From Camelus dromedarius (lineage: Eukaryota), in the NCBI RefSeq assembly GCF_036321535.1, contig NC_087445.1:36208001-36272000 (forward strand): 64,000 nt of DNA. Direction: 5' to 3'. Shown one piece after another: positions 36,819 to 47,582 of the stretch; the stretch's first letter is position 1; the number at the start of each line of letters is the position of its first letter. The position numbers and the translations under genes were made by a program. Below the pieces are notes generated by a model. It was not told the origin of the DNA. It did no database searches and saw only the letters and a program-made list of their open reading frames with translations.

Positions 36819-36899
36819 CTGGGATGAGGTGCAAGTCACTCAAAGTCCCCCCAGGGCTGTCTGCAGGTGACAACTGTGTCATGCTGTGAGGAAACCTAC
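36819..36899 (-). other. PTAR1: 81-nt in-frame, stop-free GT-AG intron (exitron) between PTAR1 exons 7 and 8
   Basis: GTAGGT...gtgac...ctcatcccAG. Removal gives HHLN-AGS, the form I recall for the 402-aa human reference; retention adds GRFPHSMTQLSPADSPGGTLSDLHLIP. Confidence 0.8.
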
Positions 36900-36934
36900 C
36901 ATTTAAGTGATGCTGAAGGTAGAAGACATGCCGC
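36900..36934 (-). CDS. PTAR1: PTAR1 coding exon 7 (35 nt): (R)RHVFYLQHHLN
   Basis: Branch-like CTTAAC at 36982-36987, then an AG-free pyrimidine tract of about 50 nt and ttcatag|G CGG CAT GTC ... TTA AAT G|gtaggt. Confidence 0.92.
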
Positions 36935-38881
36935 CTATGAAAGAGGAGGGAGGAAGAGAATAGAGAAAGAAAAATCACAAAGTTAAGCTTTTCAGAAAAA
37001 GCAAAAAAGTAAACTGATAATTTCAAAACGTATAGTACTCAGTTCACTGCCTCCTTTGTAACCTAGAGCTATCTGAGAGAAGAAGGAAGAACACTTAAGA
37101 TGAGTCTCTGGGTATCTGGACAGAGTGTTACAAACCCAGATTACTGGTTTGCTTATGAGAAAGAATACTACCCCAAAGGTTTTTAAAAAACATTGACTAA
37201 GATGATGACAATCTCTTGGAGTTGTTACTTTTGTAACTACAATATGAAACTAGAAATAGGTCTTAGCCCAATCTTTGTTATAAATTAAAATATACAACAA
37301 AACTAAAAATTAACTTTCATAAGAATAGAACTGCTGTGGTTGGTCTTATTATCTAGAAAACCTCTGAACTTTCCCCTAAACCTATCACTATAGTCTCACT
37401 AAACATCCACATGCAGTAGGGATATGCTGGGCTCTAAGAAAACGCTGCTAAAAGACACAGTTCTCCTGCCCTTAGAATCATCTGGAGTTATTTGTCACAA
37501 ACGAAGATCCATGTGCCTAGCCTCCAAAAACTATGACTCACTGGGGTGCACATCCACTGCACAAAATAAGGTAAACTACACAGAATCTAGGTTCTTACAT
37601 CTCATCCGTCATATTAGCAACTCTAAGCCCTTAAAAAAGAATTCTATTCACATTCCCAGCTTATTCTGGAGTAGACAAGGGAGCATATAACATATCCATT
37701 TTACAAAAGATAAAACTTAAAGGACAGATAAGCTGCTTAAGGGCACTGAATCGTAGAAAACTGGCCTGTGTAATATACCGGTCATCCCAACTATCTCTTC
37801 TTCCCACTCAAAACTCCAATTAATCTTTATATGAACAAAGAAAGTTTCTGTTTTAAAAAATCTATCTCTCAAATATAATTTTCAATATTTTCTGAGCCTT
37901 ACTATTATGTCTAAATACCAAAACAACATGCAAGTCAAGATCTATCTTTCTCTCCTAAAAAAGTGGAATAAGAGCGTCTTGTTTTTAAGAGACAAAGAAA
38001 ATTCTGCATTTATGAAGGCACCAAAGAGGGGAGATTGTTTTCCATCTCCTAATAATATCTTCCAAATATATTTACACTGGAAAAAGGGAACAATTAATTT
38101 AAAAATATACAAATATTAAAAATGCCTATCTACTGCCTAGCACAGCTAAGTCTTTTGTCTACAAAGAGAATCTTATGACCTCAAGTAAAATCTGTATATA
38201 TAACACCAAAGATGTCTCCAACTAAATGATAAAATAAACCAATCAGGGGGCTCCCACATCTGGATTTCATTTCAACATGAAAATTACTGTGAAAATGTAC
38301 TGGAAACTCAAGTTATGAGGTTGATAACCCTCTTTCACTCCTTCCTAACAATACTGATCCACTCTCAAAGTACATTTTACTTTAAAAAAACAAAGTGTCA
38401 AAAGATTATACTCAACGTAAGTTAATTTGTAGGCCATCATGGTGGGAAGAACAAAAGCTTAACTATTCTGAGTCTAATCAATGGTCTCAACCCTGACTGT
38501 ACAACAAATTTATCTGTTAGGGTTTTTTTATTTAAAAAAATATGGCAGCACTCCATCCCAGATATGCTAAATATCAGGATCTCCAAGGAGGTAGTCCAGA
38601 AACTTTTTAGTTTGGAAGTAACACACATTATTCTGTTGTGCAGTCAATGATGAAGACTATCATCTTGAGTCATTGGCAAAGATCTACATGAGGAACCTCC
38701 TATTGATGATGACCATGAGGAGGAGGATATGGTAACACAAACTCCTCTGAACCACACAGGCAAAGCTCCACAATCAGATTACCGCCATTTACCCAAGTAG
38801 GCAGGAGTCAGGTGTAAGACCTTCTGCAGCTCTAAGGACATGAACAGTTTAAGGCTGGAAACAGATCTTCCCTTCTCTTAC

Positions 38882-39186
38882 CTATGACACCAAAGGGTTT
38901 CATGGCCTGGGTACGAATCAATAAGATCAGTGCTGAATTCAACTTCTTCTTCTAGAAGATGGGGAAGATTTATTCTTGATTCCTCTGCTGAAGCCACTGC
39001 CTCTTCATCTTTTGGAAGAACTATGGCTGGCTCACTTCTCAAAGGATTTTGTTCCAATATAGAACCGTCTGTCACGGTTTGGCTAATCAAAGACTTTAAT
39101 AAAAACTGGCGGTAGTGAAATCCACTGTGGTCTGAAACGTGCATGGATGCCCAGTGTTTAGTAGAAGATAGTTCATCAAGAAGAAT
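38882..39186 (-). CDS. PTAR1: PTAR1 coding exon 6 (305 nt): ILLDELSSTKHWASMHVSDHSGFHYRQFLL...YPGHETLWCH(R)
   Basis: ttttttcttcctacaag|ATT CTT CTT GAT ... TGT CAT AG|gtaaga. Contains PFTA motifs DHSGFHYR and HETLWCHR; inside ORF 38878..39246. Phase 0 to 2. Confidence 0.97.
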
Positions 39187-41319
39187 CTTGTAGGAAGAAA
39201 AAAGGGAAGTGAAATGAGGAATTGCCAAAGGTTTTACTTTCTCCATTAATGCTTTGGATTTCTCTTTGATTCATTCTCTGTTTTGACAATACCATTCCTA
39301 CCCATATTGTGTATACAACATCCAACACAGTGCTGTCAGTGGTAGTTCAGTAAGTACTAGTTTTCCCTTTCCTTTATAAAGCAATGGCTTTTTTTTTTAA
39401 TGAAACAGAGCTTAAGGACCTTTCCCTGGACCTTGATCAATCACATTCTGATTGGCACATACGTAGAAAAGCCAAATTCTAAAATAACGATAAACATTAG
39501 GGTGCTCACTTTCAAGCAATGCTTACGTTGAAGGGAAAATATAAATTCAGAGGTCAGTTTGATGGAAACCTTCCACATTTAATTAATTCGTACTATATCT
39601 AACTTACAATTTTTTTACTCAATGTAATTATTTCTCCTTTATTCTAAGTGTCAGTAGGGCAGAGACCATGTCTGTTTCTGTTCACTACCTAATTCTAAAG
39701 GCTTAGTACAAAAACATGATGCGTGAATAACAGAAATTTTCAAAGACTCATGACTTTCACTATTTCTCTCAAACATACTTAAAATCAATGATAAATGGCT
39801 TTTTTAAGTAGGTAAGACAAAATTCAGCAGTGAATTATTTAAATCTTTGTATTATCAATCTCACAAACTAAAGAATTTCAAATGGAATGATAAAAAGAAA
39901 AGCAGCATTTATAAAAAAAAAAATTGTTTGGCAGTGTTTTGGACAGGTAGCCAACGCAAATGGGTTTTGATTAGGAAAAGGTGTATCCAAGGGCCTACCA
40001 GGTTCCATCAGAGGATCTTCAGACCAGCTAAGGAATAAAGACATACACTCGTCAACAGTGAACCATATAGACCACACAACACCAAAAGTTGCTTTCACCC
40101 ACTCAGAGGTTCCAGGCAAATGCCTTCTCCTTAACCAAGATCCGTCTCCACTCCTCATGGTCCGTTATCTTCCCTAGGAGAAGCCTTTCCCTCTTCTGAA
40201 CCTCCACAGTCCTCGTGTATTCTACCATATATACTATAAAATTTTCTGTACATCTTTTTATCCCCACTAAATTCTGTAAGTTCTTTGAGATACTTATTCC
40301 TAAATAATGTTTCCATCACCCTATATATATAAGTATTTTATGAATCAATGAATGAATAAACAGTTTAATAAATGAAGTGAATAGTACAGAGGGATTAGAT
40401 AACTCCAAGCCAGGATGGCTGAGTTATATCAGTGAAATGTTTTAAAAAGCTCCTTTAAATTCTAATGAATTAGTTCATAGCCACATAAATTTATTTCAGA
40501 GGCTATTGCTGGTGGGTCTCTGAGAAATGGAAAACAAGAGACTCCTTATTTGAGTCAAAAGGTAAGCAAAATAGCACCAGATAAACTTCTACCTGAAAAA
40601 AACAAAACAAAAACAAAAACTAATCTTAAGGGTTTTTCTGAAGAATTACACTTTTGAGGAATTAACCTGCAGGACATTCAGGCTATAATATAGCAGCTTT
40701 TAAATTCTGGTACAGCTTCTTAATATGCATTGAAAAGAATACAAAACTTGTTTAAAAGGAATTTATATAACATGAAAAATCTTTAGATTATTTCTTACTG
40801 CATACTTCTACATATAAAAAATATAATTTATTGTAATTTTGACTCAAAAAACCCCAGCATATACATTAAAGGTTTTCAACAAAACTAACTTAATTCCTTT
40901 AAAATTTTTTCTGAGACTAACAGAAAAATTCACTATATTCTTTTCCCTAGTATGTATGATGTACTAAACTAGAGAAGAAACTTTTAACAGGAATTTGAGG
41001 GCATTTTCTTACTAGATAAGAAACTATAGACAATGATTTTTTTAAAAAAAGACAGCAATTACTTTTAAGTGATCTTAAAGATACTGCATAAAAATATGGC
41101 TTAAATATAAGGCACTGACAGAGTAAATGACCTTTATATGATATGCCTTAAATATCATTATTCTCTTCCAACATTCCATATAAAAAATGAATAAATGAAT
41201 AAATTATAAGAAAGCTATAGAAGCAGGGCTATGAAACAGATAACAGGTTTAAAATGAAAGACTACTGAAAATGCTTGTTCTTATATACATATGCCCTGAG
41301 TCCTATAAATTTTTTAATA

Positions 41320-42600
41320 TAACGTTTGTTTTTTTCTTCTGACTATAAAAGTGATACAAAATGATCATTATAGAGAAATGTAAAAATGTAGACCATAAAG
41401 AAGAAAAAAAAATCACTCATTATCCTATTAGCCAGCATACAATCAGTCTTTCAGCTTTTCTATGTATGCGTGTGCACAGTTTATTTAACACAAATTTGGG
41501 ATACTCTTTTATACTGAAATCTTATTCCACTTAAATTATAAATATATTCTCATGTCACTATTATACTACAACATCATTTTTAACTTCTGCATAACATTTC
41601 ATCCTAAAAATGATCACAATTTAACCATTCTCTCATTTTGTTTCCACCTTGCATAAGAAACACTCTTCTGTACATACATATATAAATTTACGTGCATATC
41701 CTATTTAGAAGAAATTTCTAGAAGTATACTTACTAGAACAGTGAGAAAAACTTTGTAAAGTTCTTGATATACTGTTAAAGTGCCCTCCAGAAAGGCTGTA
41801 TAATTTATATTTCTATTGGAAGTATACCTTAATGTCTGTTTCCTAAATTCCTCACCAATACTTTAATCTTCACTAATTTATTAAGTGGAAAATCATGTTT
41901 AATTTGCATTTCCTTAATTATCGCTAAGGCTAAATATTTTTTCCTATTCACTTATCTTTCCTCTATGTCTTTTACAAATTGCCTGTATTGCCTAATTTGC
42001 CTCTTTTATGAATTGCTTAACTTACTCTTTGTGATAGCAATTACTGTTCTTATGGGTTTGTAAGAGATCTTTATATATTAAAGGTATTAAGTCTGCATTG
42101 TAAACATTTTTCTTAATATATTACTGCAAATGATTTTTTAAATATTTTTTCTTCAGATATGTTTTATTTCATTTAGAGTTCAGTTTCGTATATGAGATTA
42201 AAATCCAACAATTAGATTAAAATTGTTAATCTTAGTTAACAATAGTTAACTTAGTTAAAAATAGTTATGATCTAAAAATAGAATAAAATCTAACAATTCT
42301 AAAAAGTCAATCTTATCAGCATCACAAACCGAACAAAGGATATGTGAAATGACCTATTTATAATGCATGAAATTTGTAAATATCATGCATTGGGACATGT
42401 TTCTGGGCTTTATATACTCTTTCATTATTGTGTCTATTTTTGAGCCAGTACCACAGTTTTAATTACTCTATTTCTATAAACATTTAAATATATGGTTATA
42501 CACAATGTTTCTCATTTTTCTTTTTTCAACAATTTCCAGCTTTCCTTGCAGCTTTATTATTTAGGATCAATTTTTGAAGTTGAAAAATAAATTCTGATTT
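41320..42600 (-). mobile_element. Ancient L1ME-type fragments in PTAR1 intron 5
   Basis: gaaatttctagaagta, gtgccctccagaaaggctgtataatttatattt, aatttgcatttcctt and ttgagccagtaccacagttttaattac motifs. Confidence 0.6.
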
Positions 42601-42658
42601 TTAGTACAGGTCACAGAGTTACATAGTCATCACTGTTGTCTAATTCTAGTATATTTTC

Positions 42659-43477
42659 CTTTTTTTATAATTGAAGTAGAGTTGATTTACAATATTAATT
42701 TCAGGTGTACAACATAGTGATTCAACATTTTTATAGATCATACTCCCGTTTAAAGTTATTATAAAATAGTGGCTGTATTTCCCTGGGCTGCATGGTATAT
42801 CTTTGTAGCTTATTCACTTTATACATAGTAGTTTGTACCTCCTAATCTCCTACTCCTATCTTGCCCCTCCCCCTTCTCTCGCCCCACTGGCAACCATAGT
42901 TTGTTCTCTGTATCTATGAGTATGTTTCTGTTAAATTCATTCGATTGTTTTATTTTTTTAGATTACACATATAAGTGATAACATAGCATCTTTCTGTCTG
43001 ACTTACTCCATTAAACATAATACCCTCTAAGTCCATCCATGTTGTTGCAAATGGCAGGATTTTATTACTTTTCATGGCTGAGTACTACTCCACTGTGTGT
43101 GCATGAATGCATGCATGTCTATACACACATAAACCACATCTTCTTTATCCATTCATCTATTGATGCACACTTAGGTTGTTTTCATATCTTGGCTATTATA
43201 AATAATGCTGCTATGAACACTGGGGTACATGCATCTTTTCAAATTAGTGTTTTTGTTTTCTTCATATATATACTGAAGAGTGGAACTGCTGGACTGTATG
43301 GTAGTTCTAGTTTTAGTTTTCTGAGGAATCTCAATACTGTTTTCCATTGTGTCTACACCAATTTACATTCTCACTAACAGTGGACTAGGGTAATTTGTAG
43401 ACTTTTCGATGATAGCCATTCTGAGAGGTGTGAGATGATACCTCACTGTGGTTTTGACTTGCCATTTCTCTGATGAT
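42659..43477 (-). mobile_element. Younger artiodactyl-type L1 3' end nested in an L1MB-type element
   Basis: Same 3' end as the 23288 copy; candidate 9-bp TSD tatattttc (42650-42658) / tatactttc (43478-43486). Confidence 0.85.
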
Positions 43478-43486
43478 TATACTTTC

Positions 43487-44150
43487 AAAACATTTTCGTC
43501 ACCTCCAAAACAACCCTTATTCCCATCTCCTCCAGTCTCTAGCACCTCTAATCTGCTCTGCTGACTCTGAATATCTCATATAAATGGAACACTACTTTCA
43601 ATCAGCATGATGTTTTCAAGGTTCATCCATGTTATAGTATCCAGCAACTTCATTCCTTGTTCAATGGCTGAATACTCCTCCATTGTATGGATATATCACA
43701 TTTTGTTTTTCCATTCCTCAGATACTAGACATTTGGGGTACTACTATTTTTGGCTATTATGAATAATGCTGCTATGAACATTCTCATACAAGCTTTGGTA
43801 TAAATGTATCTTTTCAATTCTTTTGTATATATGCTTAGCAATGGAACTGCAGGGTCATATACGGTGTTTCTATGTTTAATTTTTTGAGGAAATGTCAAAC
43901 AGTTTTCCCCAGTGGCGGCACCATTTCATATTCCTACCAGCAATGTATAAGGGTTCCAATTTCTCTACATCCTTGTCAACACTTGTTATAGTCTGTCTTT
44001 TTAACTTTGTCNNNNNNNNNNNNNNNNNNNNNNNNNNNNNNNNNNNNNNNNNNNNNNNNNNNNNNNNNNNNNNNNNNNNNNNNNNNNNNNNNNNNNNNNN
44101 NNNNNNNNNNNNNNNNNNNNNNNNNNNNNNNNNNNNNNNNTGCTTTTTCA
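43487..44150 (-). mobile_element. L1MB-type 3' region (host of the nested L1; continues from about 42610-42649)
   Basis: aacattttcgtcacctccaaaacaaccc...aaggttcatccatgtt...ataagggttccaatttctctacatcc. Confidence 0.8.
44012..44140. other. Assembly gap (129 N)
   Basis: N run inside L1. Confidence 1.
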
Positions 44151-44829
44151 GGTGACACACCATATCAACTTTTAATTAGATAATATAATAAACTTTGTTC
44201 AACTGTGATTGTTTCCTTCCATCCCACCCTCAAAAGTGAGACTAGTTTAAAATTTACTTAAATATATGTCCACTGGAACACATAAACATCACAGGGAACA
44301 AAAAATAGAAAATTAAAACTTCGTATAATTCCACCCTCTAGCACTATTAAACATTCTTTATTCTCTAACCCTTTTTTCTGAATAGAAAATTAACACATGC
44401 TTACAGAAAATACAAGAAAATATGTCAATAACAGCATTGTGTATGTGTGTGTATATGTGTATGTGTATAAATATCTTTTGAGCACTCATAAGATGCTGGG
44501 CCCTGTTCTAAACACATTAAATATCATTCAATGCTAATAATATATTAAAAATTATATTAGACCTATCTCACATTTATTTAGTTTTATATCCTTAACCTAT
44601 TGTGAACATTTTTGTTTAAAATAATCTTCCAAAATATAACTTCCAGTAGCAACAAAATATTCCACTTTGTGATGGGCTGTAATGCAGCAATCCCTTGTTA
44701 TTGGAGGATTAGACTGTTTCCAGTTTTTCACTATTATAAACAGTATTTTCATATATCAAACTTCCATATTTAATATACTAGCCAGTGTTTATTGATCACT
44801 AGTAAGGGCACTTGTGATACCCACTTTAG

Positions 44830-45020
44830 GTGGATTCTCCCATTTAATTTATATCACTTGATGAGGTAGGAATTATTGTCCCCAATTTACAAATGAGGAA
44901 ACTGAAGGTTAGAGAGGCTAAGAAAACTTTTCAGGGCCACACAGCAAACTGGTGGTAAAGTCAGGATTCAAGTTATGTCTGTATGACCACTGAGTGGAGT
45001 CTTTAATCACTAAATCATAC
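44830..45020 (-). mobile_element. MIR SINE
   Basis: MIR core ccccaatttacaaatgaggaaactgaaggttagagagg. Similar cores occur near 46170-46310, 49100-49360, 53980-54040, 59300-59480 and 61580-61790 (minus) and 60150-60300 and 60900-61080 (plus). Confidence 0.8.
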
Positions 45021-46799
45021 TGCATCTCCCATTTTTCCTTCAGGATGAATTCCTAGAAGCAGAACTGCTAGGTTAGGGATAACACATTTTAGGGGGTAAA
45101 GTCTGGTAAACGCTGCCATATTGCCCTTTGGTAAGATTATACCAATCCTTACAGCGCTTGTCTTCATACCCTTATCAATGCTGGATATCAGCACTTTAAA
45201 AAATCATTTTCAATTTTCTAAGTAAAAAAATACCAGTTCATTTTATATGCATTTTTAAGCTGCTCTAGATAACTGGTACTTTTGCGATAACTTCCTCTAA
45301 CAGACAAAGCATAGTAGGACATGATCTCCTAGGTGGGCCCAATGGCTTACAAAAACAGAAAAGGGGATTTTGTAAATTCAGCACTCTTCACTAAGAGTGA
45401 GAGACACTGGGTGAGGGTGGTGACAGGAAGGGTGCCGAGACTCCCATTGGCAGGGCAGGGCAGGCTGACGTGTATAAGCCTAGCAGTGGGCCAAGGCAGC
45501 TGAGTCAACACATCACTGAGTTGTCATCTTTAACATCGGATGGTCTCAAGCAACTGGGAATATCACCTTGGCCTCATGTTTCCGATTTATGGGACTGCCA
45601 CTTTAAAAGGTCCACCCCAAGGCAGGAAAGGTTCTAAAGATCTCTCAGCACACCTGGACTCTGCCTTTATCCTCAACCTTTCCCTTACCCTTCCCCACCT
45701 CCCACAGGCTACCAAGTTGTGGAGCTGAGATGACTGGCTCTAAAGCACTCCATACCCCCACAGCCCACCAGGTACCATGTATTCATTCCTCCAGATTCCT
45801 GACAGAGCATCATCCCTCTCTCTAGCAGCTGTTTCCAATGAGTCCAGTTGGGATAAGGAGCCATTTCAGTGCTCCCACTATACCCTGAGATTCCTTCAGT
45901 TCCTGCAAATGTCACACTGCTTTGTAATTGTTGGTACCTGTTTCTTCAACTAGATTTTAATTTGTTGAGAGCAATCTGTTTGTCTTTAGGCCACACCCAG
46001 CGTACAGGCTAATATCTGGGAATGATAGGGTTTCAGTATTTCTTCATGAATGAATTGCACTGAGTTGACCAAGCAAACTGGTAGCCAAGTTGCACCTAAA
46101 CGTTCAATCTATGGGCAACAGAGAAAGGAACTAAAATTTAGTGAGTCCAATACTTTATACACATTAACACAAGTAATTCTCACAATAATCCACTGAGACA
46201 GGCAGCAGAGCCCTTATTTCATAGATGAAAACATTAAAGCCTTACTTTCCACACATAGCTAGCAGGGCCAGAATCTGAACCCAGGTCAATGTGATTCTGT
46301 CTTTTCTCTTTCCACTCCATTATGTGGCCTCCCTTCCTGAAGCGTGAAGCCACATAAATGGGAGGGAGGGGATGCTCTTTCAGAACTGTTGGCTTAAAAT
46401 CCCTCAGAGATGAAAACTCTGTTTATTCTGGAAGTATCTCTGACTAGGAAACAGAGAGAGGAGAGGGAACCTGAAGAGAGATGTGGGAAGGAGGAGGTGG
46501 TGAATGAAAATTAGAGAATGCTTCTCCATTAATCTGAAAGCATCATGTGAGGCATTCTGATCCCTTGAAATTGTCTCAAGCCTGGGAAGCTTTTAGAAGA
46601 GTACTCTAGATTCTTTGGCACTGATACCACATGAAGTGAAGAAAAAAAATAGAGAAGCTGTAGTATGTAAAAAGAAGAGCAAGGATACCTGGTTCTCACT
46701 CTGATGAATAATAAATGACACAACTGTGGCTCAGTCTAAGCCATTAAAATTCTCAGGAAACTTCCATCTCCTCATTTCTAAACTAAAAGGATTAGGTTG

Positions 46800-46957
46800 T
46801 GATAGTTCCCAACCTGACTCTGCATCCAAATAACCCTCTGAGCCTGTGAAAAATACTGATCTCTAAATCCTACCCTCATTTTGATTCAGTAGGCCTGGCG
46901 TGGGACTTAGGAATCCTCAGATAATTTATAGACTCAGCCAAGTTTGGGAACACCTGG
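46800..46957. mobile_element. MER5-family hAT MITE
   Basis: gttcccaacctgactctgcatc...gattcagtaggcctgg...caagtttgggaacacctg. Confidence 0.65.
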
Positions 46958-47368
46958 GTGGGATCTTCTCCCTCCCCAGGAGAGGAGACTGTGAACAGCC
47001 AGCCAGCCGATTAAGCACATGAAGTCACATAACCAAACCATATACCAAGAAAGAACAATTTCAGTTCTGTAAGGTTTAATAATCTCTTCCTCTTTCAGGA
47101 CAAAATGAGTTATACTCAGTCTTATTGTTTAAACCTGCTTTGTTCTACCAACGCACTAGCCTAAGAGTGCCAAAACCATGCTGGTGAGAAATGAAAGCTT
47201 TTTTTTAAATTGCCAGGGTTCCCCTGGGGGTATCAGCTGTTACAATCCTCTCCAGACTACTGAGCCATTAGTTTCTCTACTTTTCTCCTTTAAAGCTCCT
47301 CTGAGAAGGAACTACTATACTACCAGAAGATTTAAAAGGCAGACAAGGACACACAGTAACAGCCCTAC

Positions 47369-47582
47369 CTTGATGTCTAGCTTGGCCAGGTGCTGTAAAA
47401 CCCAGATGCGATGTGACCAGGCATTGTAGTTGCTTGGGTATCTCCCTGCTGCTTCACCACAGACCTCCATCTCTTCTCGTATTAGTTGCTGTGTCCTTTC
47501 TGCAGGAATTATTCCCAAGTTTCCTTTGGTCACAAAGGAAGGCAAGGAGGATCCCTGAATTAGCTGTTGTAGCACCCATCGC
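47369..47582 (-). CDS. PTAR1: PTAR1 coding exon 5 (214 nt): (R)RWVLQQLIQ...YPSNYNAWSHRIWVLQHLAKLDIK
   Basis: ccttaacag|G CGA TGG GTG ... GAC ATC AAG|gtaggg. Contains the PFTA-repeat motif NYNAWSHR; overlaps ORF 47315..47575. Phase 2 to 0. Confidence 0.97.

Noticed and set aside
36935-37026. ORF-track hydrophobic leader before exon 7
   Set aside because: Translation of the intron 6 pyrimidine tract. The next upstream AG (36988-36989) would add 53 nt and shift the frame.
39187-39246. ORF-track N-terminal extension MEKVKPLAIPHFTSLFSSYK on exon 6
   Set aside because: This is the pyrimidine tract of intron 5 read in frame; a canonical acceptor lies at 39187-39188.
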